DNA of 64,000 nt from Auanema rhodensis (lineage: Eukaryota > Animalia > Nematoda), in the NCBI GenBank assembly GCA_964057225.1, contig OZ059894.1, positions 11,532,001 through 11,596,000 on the forward strand, written 5' to 3'. How positions within the stretch are numbered: the stretch's first letter is position 1; each line of letters begins with the position of its first letter. Below, one piece after another: positions 1 through 12,091 of this stretch. The notes below the pieces were generated by a model. That model saw only the letters and a list, made by a program, of their open reading frames with translations, did not search any database and was not told where the DNA came from. The translations under genes were made by a program, and so were the position numbers.

Positions 1-168
1 CTCATTACTCGTTTCAACCTCATCCGATCACTCTGCAAACATGTTTAATCGTTCTAACTTGTTGAAATACGTCTTAAAAGTCTAAACAACATGCATATGC
101 ATAATAGAAACCACCCGAATAGGCCCCCACGCACTAAACGAGATATATACATTACCAGTATAGTAATA

Positions 169-204
169 GAACACATATTGAAGATTAATTCGATAAGAAC
201 AATT
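169..204 (-). pseudogene. Degenerate U2 fragment (nt 39-74), present in every unit
   Basis: GAACACATATTGAAGATTAATTCGATAAGAACAATT vs U2 632-667 GAACACATATCGAAGGTTAATTCGATAAGAACGATT: 33/36 identical. Confidence 0.85.
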
Positions 205-520
205 TATTGACGTAGAGAATGTTTGTTCCGAAAAACTACAATATTAAACTATAAAAGTAACAAAAGCGTAGAGGCAGCAAAGACATGAATAAACATAAAT
301 GTAAATACAGAATTACCAGGTAGTACATAAGTATGACAAAAAATTATAAGAAAGCCATGAAAATAGAAGGTTTGTGAACAAATGAGAGGTACATCTTTGA
401 TCGTATAGTCATTTCTAAACCGTTCGTATGCTGCAGCATCGTCATAAGCTTCACTCAAGTTGAATTTCCATGTGTACTACACGATTTTCATTCTTATTGT
501 TACATTCTTTCCCTGAGGGA

Positions 521-705
521 ATGGGCCGTTCCCGCCAGCAGTGCAAGAGCGGGTCGACCCGTGAGGTGGAGCTAGCAAGCCAGCATCTACCTCAAGTCTC
601 AAAAATCGGTTAACCTTATTGTGAACCAATGGAACACATATCGAAGGTTAATTCGATAAGAACGATTACTACACTTTGATCTTAGCCAAAAGGCCGAGAA
701 GCGAT
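521..705 (-). ncRNA. U2: U2 spliceosomal snRNA
   Basis: Minus strand starts ATCGCTTCTCGGCCTTTTGGCTAAGATCAAAGTGTAGTA (U2 5' end, branch-point recognition GUAGUA). Stem IIa TATCGAA/TTCGATA, IIc complement AAGGTTAA, Sm site GATTTTTG and stem IV loop TTGCACT are present. 3' end approximate. Confidence 0.97.
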
Positions 706-1147
706 ACAGCATAGCCATGAGTATCAAAGACATCAAGCAAATGTATCGTACTTGTTACGAGTGCACTCTCTCATTTGAATATAAAAGTGTGGTTTGACAA
801 TCTTGACTGTACAGGTCATAAATGGCTCATATAAACTGTGGATTTACTCAACTTTTGGACTTATTTTTTTCTTATTCGAAGCGCTGCACTTTTTTCTATT
901 CTTTTTATTCAAATACTTGTATATAGTTTTATATGTACGGTTGCAAAGTTTCCGAATATTTTATATATTTTTATACAATAATTAGGAGAAGGTTAATACA
1001 ATGAAATCTCCCAACTTTACAGTGTTTGTATTGCTTACAGTATCTAGAACAACCACTCTTGTAATATTAGAGCACATATCAATCAACAACTTTTTCTAGT
1101 TATCAAAGCTTTTTTATTTCTTCAAGATATTTCAAATAAAATATAAA

Positions 1148-1266
1148 AGCTTACGACACCCGGGATTCCCAAGCCGTCTCCGATCCAAGTACTAACCGGG
1201 CCCAACGTTGCTTGACTTGCCAGATCGGACGGGATGGCGTACTTTCAACGTGGTATGGTCGTAAGC
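1148..1266 (-). rRNA. 5S: 5S rRNA
   Basis: 119 nt, GCTTACGACCATACCACGTTGAAAG...GTTAGTACTTGGATCGGAGACGGCTTGGGAATCCCGGGTGTCGTAAGCT. Followed by T-runs (Pol III terminator). Nematode-like sequence. Confidence 0.98.
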
Positions 1267-1507
1267 AATGTTATATTCTTCATTATCAGTTATATCACTC
1301 TAAATCTTGTTGTTAATAGTTAGGACCACAAAGAAAACAACAGGAACAGTAACAAATGAAATGCCCAAACTTTACAGTGTTCGAGTTATTTACAGTATCT
1401 AAGACTACCTCTGTCGTGTTATTAGAGCAAACATTCGATTAACAACAACTTTTTTTTAGTTATCAAAGCTTTTTTATTTCTTCAAAAAATTTCAAATAAA
1501 ATATAAA

Positions 1508-1626
1508 AGCTTACGACACCCGGGATTCCCAAGCCGTCTCCGATCCAAGTACTAACCGGGCCCAACGTTGCTTGACTTGCCAGATCGGACGGGATGGCGT
1601 ACTTTCAACGTGGTATGGTCGTAAGC
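1508..1626 (-). rRNA. 5S: 5S rRNA
   Basis: Identical to 1148-1266, 360 bp away. Confidence 0.98.
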
Positions 1627-1768
1627 AATGTCATATTCTTCATTATCAGTTATATCACTCTAAATCTTGTTGTTAATAGATACGACCACAAAGAAAACAA
1701 CAGGAACAGTAACAATAACAAAAAAAATTTTTTTTTCACCTATGTGTCTAAAGGTTAGCCATGTATCC

Positions 1769-1771
<3 letters not shown>

Positions 1772-1820
<49 letters not shown>
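1772..1820. repeat. (TA)n microsatellite, one per unit, variable length
   Basis: 27 bp at 13343-13369 and 30626-30652; 79 bp at 51719-51797. Confidence 0.97.
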
Positions 1821-1822
<2 letters not shown>

Positions 1823-3003
1823 ACAGTAAAAAGTCCAATCAAGAGAGAAATTTTTTCAACACATAGTTGTTTTTTTTTTAAATATCATTGTTTTTCCTCA
1901 TAACTCGGTTTAAACTCGTTCTAACCCGTTGAAATACGTCTAGAAAGTCTTTATAACATGCATATGTATGATAGAACTTCATATTTATTGTAATAGAAAA
2001 TTTTATTTTCAGACGTCTTGGTTAACAATGATATGTTTTACCCCCTTATAATTTTTATCATAATGTTCCTTATACGGAACGCTCAATGAAACTTGCTTCC
2101 AGAAAAATTTCTTTCTATTTTTTCTTCATATGTACGTAGATACTATAGAGAACTATGATAGAAAACTTTAACATTCACGAAATCATCATTTCTCATTACG
2201 CTACGGAGGTTTAAAAAGCTGTGTTTTACCTTATAATAGACCGGAAAACCCTTGTGTTAAAACTGGACCGTTTTTACACATATAAAAATGTCCCGTATTC
2301 GGGACCCTAATGTAACTTTTGATTCCCTATATTTTTTTTCATGAAATTTACAATCTACTGTAGAAAGAAGAATTATTTTTATAAAAACTGTAAATTTTTG
2401 AAAAATGAAAACAAAACGAAAACAAAAACAACTTTTTTTTGAACATTTTCTCACACAAGGGTCCCCCCTTACCTACTTTTTTTCTCATTACTCGTTTCAA
2501 CCTCATCCGATCACTCTGCAAACATGTTTAATCGTTCTAACTTGTTGAAATACGTCTTAAAAGTCTAAACAACATGCATATGCATAATAGAAACCACCCG
2601 AATAGGCCCCCACGCACTAAACGAGATATATACATTACCAGTATAGTAATAGAACACATATTGAAGATTAATTCGATAAGAACAATTTATTGACGTAGAG
2701 AATGTTTGTTCCGAAAAACTACAATATTAAACTATAAAAGTAACAAAAGCGTAGAGGCAGCAAAGACATGAATAAACATAAATGTAAATACAGAATTACC
2801 AGGTAGTACATAAGTATGACAAAAAATTATAAGAAAGCCATGAAAATAGAAGGTTTGTGAACAAATGAGAGGTACATCTTTGATCGTATAGTCATTTCTA
2901 AACCGTTCGTATGCTGCAGCATCGTCATAAGCGTCACTCAAGTTGAATTTCCATGTGTACTACACGATTTTCATTCTTATTGTTACATTCTTTCCCTGAG
3001 GGA

Positions 3004-3188
3004 ATGGGCCGTTCCCGCCAGCAGTGCAAGAGCGGGTCGACCCGTGAGGTGGAGCTAGCAAGCCAGCATCTACCTCAAGTCTCAAAAATCGGTTAACCTT
3101 ATTGTGAACCAATGGAACACATATCGAAGGTTAATTCGATAAGAACGATTACTACACTTTGATCTTAGCCAAAAGGCCGAGAAGCGAT
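3004..3188 (-). ncRNA. U2: U2 snRNA
   Basis: Copy of 521-705. Confidence 0.96.
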
Positions 3189-3630
3189 ACAGCATAGCCA
3201 TGAGTATCAAAGACATCAAGCAAATGTATCGTACTTGTTACGAGTGCACTCTCTCATTTGAATATAAAAGTGTGGTTTGACAATCTTGACTGTACAGGTC
3301 ATAAATGGCTCATATAAACTGTGGATTTACTCAACTTTTGGACTTATTTTTTTCTTATTCGAAGCGCTGCACTTTTTTCTATTCTTTTTATTCAAATACT
3401 TGTATATAGTTTTATATGTACGGTTGCAAAGTTTCCGAATATTTTATATATTTTTATACAATAATTAGGAGAAGGTTAATACAATGAAATCTCCCAACTT
3501 TACAGTGTTTGTATTGCTTACAGTATCTAGAACAACCACTCTTGTAATATTAGAGCACATATCAATCAACAACTTTTTCTAGTTATCAAAGCTTTTTTAT
3601 TTCTTCAAGATATTTCAAATAAAATATAAA

Positions 3631-3749
3631 AGCTTACGACACCCGGGATTCCCAAGCCGTCTCCGATCCAAGTACTAACCGGGCCCAACGTTGCTTGACT
3701 TGCCAGATCGGACGGGATGGCGTACTTTCAACGTGGTATGGTCGTAAGC
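3631..3749 (-). rRNA. 5S: 5S rRNA
   Basis: Array copy. Confidence 0.97.
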
Positions 3750-3990
3750 AATGTTATATTCTTCATTATCAGTTATATCACTCTAAATCTTGTTGTTAAT
3801 AGTTAGGACCACAAAGAAAACAACAGGAACAGTAACAAATGAAATGCCCAAACTTTACAGTGTTCGAGTTATTTACAGTATCTAAGACTACCTCTGTCGT
3901 GTTATTAGAGCAAACATTCGATTAACAACAACTTTTTTTTAGTTATCAAAGCTTTTTTATTTCTTCAAAAAATTTCAAATAAAATATAAA

Positions 3991-4109
3991 AGCTTACGAC
4001 ACCCGGGATTCCCAAGCCGTCTCCGATCCAAGTACTAACCGGGCCCAACGTTGCTTGACTTGCCAGATCGGACGGGATGGCGTACTTTCAACGTGGTATG
4101 GTCGTAAGC
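3991..4109 (-). rRNA. 5S: 5S rRNA
   Basis: Array copy. Confidence 0.97.
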
Positions 4110-4251
4110 AATGTCATATTCTTCATTATCAGTTATATCACTCTAAATCTTGTTGTTAATAGATACGACCACAAAGAAAACAACAGGAACAGTAACAATA
4201 ACAAAAAAAAATTTTTTTTCACCTATGTGTCTAAAGGTTAGCCATGTATCC

Positions 4252-4299
<48 letters not shown>

Positions 4300-5480
4300 A
4301 CAGTAAAAAGTCCAATCAAGAGAGAAATTTTTTCAACACATAGTTGTTTTTTTTTTAAATATCATTGTTTTTCCTCATAACTCGGTTTAAACTCGTTCTA
4401 ACCCGTTGAAATACGTCTAGAAAGTCTTTATAACATGCATATGTATGATAGAACTTCATATTTATTGTAATAGAAAATTTTATTTTCAGACGTCTTGGTT
4501 AACAATGATATGTTTTACCCCCTTATAATTTTTATCATAATGTTCCTTATACGGAACGCTCAATGAAACTTGCTTCCAGAAAAATTTCTTTCTATTTTTT
4601 CTTCATATGTACGTAGATACTACAGAGAACTATGATAGAAAACTTTAACATTCACGAAATCATCATTTCTCATTACGCTACGGAGGTTTAAAAAGCTGTG
4701 TTTTACCTTATAATAGACCGGAAAACCCTTGTGTTAAAACTGGACCGTTTTTACACATATAAAAATGTCCCGTATTCGGGACCCTAATGTAACTTTTGAT
4801 TCCCTATATTTTTTTTCATGAAATTTACAATCTACTGTAGAAAGAAGAATTATTTTTATAAAAACTGTAAATTTTTGAAAAATGAAAACAAAACGAAAAC
4901 AAAAACAACTTTTTTTTGAACATTTTCTCACACAAGGGTCCCCCCTTACCTACTTTTTTTCTCATTACTCGTTTCAACCTCATCCGATCACTCTGCAAAC
5001 ATGTTTAATCGTTCTAACTTGTTGAAATACGTCTTAAAAGTCTAAACAACATGCATATGCATAATAGAAACCACCCGAATAGGCCCCCACGCACTAAACG
5101 AGATATATACATTACCAGTATAGTAATAGAACACATATTGAAGATTAATTCGATAAGAACAATTTATTGACGTAGAGAATGTTTGTTCCGAAAAACTACA
5201 ATATTAAACTATAAAAGTAACAAAAGCGTAGAGGCAGCAAAGACATGAATAAACATAAATGTAAATACAGAATTACCAGGTAGTACATAAGTATGACAAA
5301 AAATTATAAGAAAGCCATGAAAATAGAAGGTTTGTGAACAAATGAGAGGTACATCTTTGATCGTATAGTCATTTCTAAACCGTTCGTATGCTGCAGCATC
5401 GTCATAAGCGTCACTCAAGTTGAATTTCCATGTGTACTACACGATTTTCATTCTTATTGTTACATTCTTTCCCTGAGGGA

Positions 5481-5665
5481 ATGGGCCGTTCCCGCCAGCA
5501 GTGCAAGAGCGGGTCGACCCGTGAGGTGGAGCTAGCAAGCCAGCATCTACCTCAAGTCTCAAAAATCGGTTAACCTTATTGTGAACCAATGGAACACATA
5601 TCGAAGGTTAATTCGATAAGAACGATTACTACACTTTGATCTTAGCCAAAAGGCCGAGAAGCGAT
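5481..5665 (-). ncRNA. U2: U2 snRNA
   Basis: Copy of 521-705. Confidence 0.96.
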
Positions 5666-6107
5666 ACAGCATAGCCATGAGTATCAAAGACATCAAGCAA
5701 ATGTATCGTACTTGTTACGAGTGCACTCTCTCATTTGAATATAAAAGTGTGGTTTGACAATCTTGACTGTACAGGTCATAAATGGCTCATATAAACTGTG
5801 GATTTACTCAACTTTTGGACTTATTTTTTTCTTATTCGAAGCGCTGCACTTTTTTCTATTCTTTTTATTCAAATACTTGTATATAGTTTTATATGTACGG
5901 TTGCAAAGTTTCCGAATATTTTATATATTTTTATACAATAATTAGGAGAAGGTTAATACAATGAAATCTCCCAACTTTACAGTGTTTGTATTGCTTACAG
6001 TATCTAGAACAACCACTCTTGTAATATTAGAGCACATATCAATCAACAACTTTTTCTAGTTATCAAAGCTTTTTTATTTCTTCAAGATATTTCAAATAAA
6101 ATATAAA

Positions 6108-6226
6108 AGCTTACGACACCCGGGATTCCCAAGCCGTCTCCGATCCAAGTACTAACCGGGCCCAACGTTGCTTGACTTGCCAGATCGGACGGGATGGCGT
6201 ACTTTCAACGTGGTATGGTCGTAAGC
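6108..6226 (-). rRNA. 5S: 5S rRNA
   Basis: Array copy. Confidence 0.97.
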
Positions 6227-6467
6227 AATGTTATATTCTTCATTATCAGTTATATCACTCTAAATCTTGTTGTTAATAGTTAGGACCACAAAGAAAACAA
6301 CAGGAACAGTAACAAATGAAATGCCCAAACTTTACAGTGTTCGAGTTATTTACAGTATCTAAGACTACCTCTGTCGTGTTATTAGAGCAAACATTCGATT
6401 AACAACAACTTTTTTTTAGTTATCAAAGCTTTTTTATTTCTTCAAAAAATTTCAAATAAAATATAAA

Positions 6468-6586
6468 AGCTTACGACACCCGGGATTCCCAAGCCGTCTC
6501 CGATCCAAGTACTAACCGGGCCCAACGTTGCTTGACTTGCCAGATCGGACGGGATGGCGTACTTTCAACGTGGTATGGTCGTAAGC
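6468..6586 (-). rRNA. 5S: 5S rRNA
   Basis: Array copy. Confidence 0.97.
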
Positions 6587-6728
6587 AATGTCATATTCTT
6601 CATTATCAGTTATATCACTCTAAATCTTGTTGTTAATAGATACGACCACAAAGAAAACAACAGGAACAGTAACAATAACAAAAAAAATTTTTTTTTCACC
6701 TATGTGTCTAAAGGTTAGCCATGTATCC

Positions 6729-6778
<50 letters not shown>

Positions 6779-7959
6779 ACAGTAAAAAGTCCAATCAAGA
6801 GAGAAATTTTTTCAACACATAGTTGTTTTTTTTTTAAATATCATTGTTTTTCCTCATAACTCGGTTTAAACTCGTTCTAACCCGTTGAAATACGTCTAGA
6901 AAGTCTTTATAACATGCATATGTATGATAGAACTTCATATTTATTGTAATAGAAAATTTTATTTTCAGACGTCTTGGTTAACAATGATATGTTTTACCCC
7001 CTTATAATTTTTATCATAATGTTCCTTATACGGAACGCTCAATGAAACTTGCTTCCAGAAAAATTTCTTTCTATTTTTTCTTCATATGTACGTAGATACT
7101 ATAGAGAACTATGATAGAAAACTTTAACATTCACGAAATCATCATTTCTCATTACGCTACGGAGGTTTAAAAAGCTGTGTTTTACCTTATAATAGACCGG
7201 AAAACCCTTGTGTTAAAACTGGACCGTTTTTACACATATAAAAATGTCCCGTATTCGGGACCCTAATGTAACTTTTGATTCCCTATATTTTTTTTCATGA
7301 AATTTACAATCTACTGTAGAAAGAAGAATTATTTTTATAAAAACTGTAAATTTTTGAAAAATGAAAACAAAACGAAAACAAAAACAACTTTTTTTTGAAC
7401 ATTTTCTCACACAAGGGTCCCCCCTTACCTACTTTTTTTCTCATTACTCGTTTCAACCTCATCCGATCACTCTGCAAACATGTTTAATCGTTCTAACTTG
7501 TTGAAATACGTCTTAAAAGTCTAAACAACATGCATATGCATAATAGAAACCACCCGAATAGGCCCCCACGCACTAAACGAGATATATACATTACCAGTAT
7601 AGTAATAGAACACATATTGAAGATTAATTCGATAAGAACAATTTATTGACGTAGAGAATGTTTGTTCCGAAAAACTACAATATTAAACTATAAAAGTAAC
7701 AAAAGCGTAGAGGCAGCAAAGACATGAATAAACATAAATGTAAATACAGAATTACCAGGTAGTACATAAGTATGACAAAAAATTATAAGAAAGCCATGAA
7801 AATAGAAGGTTTGTGAACAAATGAGAGGTACATCTTTGATCGTATAGTCATTTCTAAACCGTTCGTATGCTGCAGCATCGTCATAAGCGTCACTCAAGTT
7901 GAATTTCCATGTGTACTACACGATTTTCATTCTTATTGTTACATTCTTTCCCTGAGGGA

Positions 7960-8144
7960 ATGGGCCGTTCCCGCCAGCAGTGCAAGAGCGGGTCGACCCG
8001 TGAGGTGGAGCTAGCAAGCCAGCATCTACCTCAAGTCTCAAAAATCGGTTAACCTTATTGTGAACCAATGGAACACATATCGAAGGTTAATTCGATAAGA
8101 ACGATTACTACACTTTGATCTTAGCCAAAAGGCCGAGAAGCGAT
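7960..8144 (-). ncRNA. U2: U2 snRNA
   Basis: Copy of 521-705. Confidence 0.96.
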
Positions 8145-8586
8145 ACAGCATAGCCATGAGTATCAAAGACATCAAGCAAATGTATCGTACTTGTTACGAG
8201 TGCACTCTCTCATTTGAATATAAAAGTGTGGTTTGACAATCTTGACTGTACAGGTCATAAATGGCTCATATAAACTGTGGATTTACTCAACTTTTGGACT
8301 TATTTTTTTCTTATTCGAAGCGCTGCACTTTTTTCTATTCTTTTTATTCAAATACTTGTATATAGTTTTATATGTACGGTTGCAAAGTTTCCGAATATTT
8401 TATATATTTTTATACAATAATTAGGAGAAGGTTAATACAATGAAATCTCCCAACTTTACAGTGTTTGTATTGCTTACAGTATCTAGAACAACCACTCTTG
8501 TAATATTAGAGCACATATCAATCAACAACTTTTTCTAGTTATCAAAGCTTTTTTATTTCTTCAAGATATTTCAAATAAAATATAAA

Positions 8587-8705
8587 AGCTTACGACACCC
8601 GGGATTCCCAAGCCGTCTCCGATCCAAGTACTAACCGGGCCCAACGTTGCTTGACTTGCCAGATCGGACGGGATGGCGTACTTTCAACGTGGTATGGTCG
8701 TAAGC
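8587..8705 (-). rRNA. 5S: 5S rRNA
   Basis: Array copy. Confidence 0.97.
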
Positions 8706-8946
8706 AATGTTATATTCTTCATTATCAGTTATATCACTCTAAATCTTGTTGTTAATAGTTAGGACCACAAAGAAAACAACAGGAACAGTAACAAATGAAA
8801 TGCCCAAACTTTACAGTGTTCGAGTTATTTACAGTATCTAAGACTACCTCTGTCGTGTTATTAGAGCAAACATTCGATTAACAACAACTTTTTTTTAGTT
8901 ATCAAAGCTTTTTTATTTCTTCAAAAAATTTCAAATAAAATATAAA

Positions 8947-9065
8947 AGCTTACGACACCCGGGATTCCCAAGCCGTCTCCGATCCAAGTACTAACCGGGC
9001 CCAACGTTGCTTGACTTGCCAGATCGGACGGGATGGCGTACTTTCAACGTGGTATGGTCGTAAGC
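8947..9065 (-). rRNA. 5S: 5S rRNA
   Basis: Array copy. Confidence 0.97.
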
Positions 9066-9207
9066 AATGTCATATTCTTCATTATCAGTTATATCACTCT
9101 AAATCTTGTTGTTAATAGATACGACCACAAAGAAAACAACAGGAACAGTAACAATAACAAAAAAAATTTTTTTTTCACCTATGTGTCTAAAGGTTAGCCA
9201 TGTATCC

Positions 9208-9263
<56 letters not shown>

Positions 9264-10444
9264 ACAGTAAAAAGTCCAATCAAGAGAGAAATTTTTTCAA
9301 CACATAGTTGTTTTTTTTTTAAATATCATTGTTTTTCCTCATAACTCGGTTTAAACTCGTTCTAACCCGTTGAAATACGTCTAGAAAGTCTTTATAACAT
9401 GCATATGTATGATAGAACTTCATATTTATTGTAATAGAAAATTTTATTTTCAGACGTCTTGGTTAACAATGATATGTTTTACCCCCTTATAATTTTTATC
9501 ATAATGTTCCTTATACGGAACGCTCAATGAAACTTGCTTCCAGAAAAATTTCTTTCTATTTTTTCTTCATATGTACGTAGATACTATAGAGAACTATGAT
9601 AGAAAACTTTAACATTCACGAAATCATCATTTCTCATTACGCTACGGAGGTTTAAAAAGCTGTGTTTTACCTTATAATAGACCGGAAAACCCTTGTGTTA
9701 AAACTGGACCGTTTTTACACATATAAAAATGTCCCGTATTCGGGACCCTAATGTAACTTTTGATTCCCTATATTTTTTTTCATGAAATTTACAATCTACT
9801 GTAGAAAGAAGAATTATTTTTATAAAAACTGTAAATTTTTGAAAAATGAAAACAAAACGAAAACAAAAACAACTTTTTTTTGAACATTTTCTCACACAAG
9901 GGTCCCCCCTTACCTACTTTTTTTCTCATTACTCGTTTCAACCTCATCCGATCACTCTGCAAACATGTTTAATCGTTCTAACTTGTTGAAATACGTCTTA
10001 AAAGTCTAAACAACATGCATATGCATAATAGAAACCACCCGAATAGGCCCCCACGCACTAAACGAGATATATACATTACCAGTATAGTAATAGAACACAT
10101 ATTGAAGATTAATTCGATAAGAACAATTTATTGACGTAGAGAATGTTTGTTCCGAAAAACTACAATATTAAACTATAAAAGTAACAAAAGCGTAGAGGCA
10201 GCAAAGACATGAATAAACATAAATGTAAATACAGAATTACCAGGTAGTACATAAGTATGACAAAAAATTATAAGAAAGCCATGAAAATAGAAGGTTTGTG
10301 AACAAATGAGAGGTACATCTTTGATCGTATAGTCATTTCTAAACCGTTCGTATGCTGCAGCATCGTCATAAGCGTCACTCAAGTTGAATTTCCATGTGTA
10401 CTACACGATTTTCATTCTTATTGTTACATTCTTTCCCTGAGGGA

Positions 10445-10592
10445 ATGGGCCGTTCCCGCCAGCAGTGCAAGAGCGGGTCGACCCGTGAGGTGGAGCTAGC
10501 AAGCCAGCATCTACCTCAAGTCTCAAAAATCGGTTAACCTTATTGTGAACCAATGGAACACATATCGAAGGTTAATTCGATAAGAACGATTA
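10445..10592 (-). pseudogene. U2: U2 3' fragment (nt ~38-185) downstream of retroelement copy 1
   Basis: U2 sequence breaks at ...AAGAACGATTA|ATGGTTT. Confidence 0.93.
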
Positions 10593-11938
10593 ATGGTTTA
10601 TTGAATAACTAATGTTATGATACAATAAATAACCAATAAAAAAGAGCCCAGAATCGGGGAGACGGTATTACCAGTACAACTTAAAACAGCAAGTAATTAA
10701 AAAGTACATAATAAGACACATTGCCAACAGAGGCTAAAACGACTCAAGAGTCGGGGGAGTGGGTTAAAAAAAAATGAACAAAAAAAATGAATATTAAAGC
10801 AGAACAATGAGAAATCAAGTGCCGCTATGATCAAACAATTTGAGTGCCTACGGCAATGATGTTAAAAATAAACAACAAAATACATGTACCAATGAAGGTC
10901 AGAAAGAAAGAAACAAAAGACAAAATAAGTAATACAAAAAGTAAATACATTACAATCAAATCACAAACAAGTCAATTGATAATTTCTTCTTCATATTGCC
11001 TTACACCAGAAACATGTTCCACGTAGATATTCCTGGCCCACTTGATGGTATCGGCGACGACGAGCTTCTCCATTAGCCGGTTGTAGTGGCTGCTGATCTT
11101 GAGTGATCGGAGGGCTTGTCCGTTGAGCGGGTCCATAGTTCCAAGCATTCCTACGACATACGCTTCTACACTAGTCTTATAACCAAGACATTGGTATTGG
11201 CTGGCTATGTCAGCATATTTCCTCTCCTTTATCATACGCGCGGCTATCATGGCTTGACGGCGGTTTTCATAGCTCACTGTAACATCAACGATACTACAGT
11301 GTTTTGCGTCATGATCGACCACTACTATGTCAGGTCGGAGTGTACTATTAATGCCAGGAAGAGGCTGGTTAGTGTAAACTTCTCCGTTTTTAGGCTCTGG
11401 CAGGGCTTTGATAAGACGGTCCACGATGTTGTTGTGGCGGAGTTGGATTGCTCTCGTGTGAGAGTGGCAGTGTCCAAGAACATGTGCAGCAGTTTCGTTG
11501 GAGTAACTACACCTGCGGCACTGTTTGTTTCCTTCTCCGTGTCTTCTACAGCCATTGAGCTGGAGAGTATTGAGTCGAGCCTTGTGGATGAATCGCCAAT
11601 CAGCAAACCGTATGAAATCTCCCTTCGCCATAAAGTGATTGGACGCTTTGTTGAGCATTGTGACATCAAAGACTTTCCCTTGATCCGGTTTTTGAAGAAG
11701 GATCCGAAGGTCTTTCAGCCATAATGCACGTCGCAGGCTTCTGTGGCATAGTGAAGGTGTTAACAGTTGGTTGTTTAGATTGAGTTCTAAACCACTTTCG
11801 AGGCATGTCCAGTTAGCGTTGATGAGTTTCTTGAGTTGACGCATCGCTACTCTTACTCTAGTCCAGATGGAGGAAACATCAGATGTTTCGGTGTCGAAAA
11901 TGCCATCAACGGAACCGTTGTAATATGCAGCTGTCTCA
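10593..11938 (-). mobile_element. U2-targeting RLE non-LTR retrotransposon (Utopia-like), copy 1, 5'-truncated
   Basis: Nearly identical to the 3' 1.35 kb of copy 2, with the same U2 junction. Three extra bases (CGA, 11939-11941) lie at the 5' junction. Confidence 0.93.
10972..11938 (-). pseudogene. Truncated ORF: CCHC knuckle + RLE endonuclease only, no RT
   Basis: CRRCSYSNETAAHVLGHC, RHN, RPDIVVVD..IVDVTV, KERKY. The listed start at 11952 crosses the junction into array DNA. Confidence 0.9.
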
Positions 11939-12091
11939 CGATTTGTGAACAAATGAGAGGTACATCTTTGATCGTATAGTCATTTCTAAACCGTTCGTAT
12001 GCTGCAGCATCGTCATAAGCGTCACTCAAGTTGAATTTCCATGTGTACTACACGATTTTCATTCTTATTGTTACATTCTTTCCCTGAGGGA

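Noticed and set aside
2205-2405. Possible spliced-leader RNA (GGTTTAAAAA... with AATTTTTG downstream)
   Set aside because: No GT donor at ~22 nt and the Sm-like site is too distant; motifs are expected by chance in AT-rich DNA.
249-2454. Short ORFs (63-88 aa) repeated in every unit
   Set aside because: Mostly non-ATG starts, low-complexity F/I/Y-rich translations of AT-rich spacer; one runs through the (TA)n tract and shifts frame between units.
11116-11724. 202-aa plus-strand ORF and other antisense ORFs in the non-LTR copies
   Set aside because: Shadow ORFs opposite a real coding frame; their recurrence just reflects element copies.
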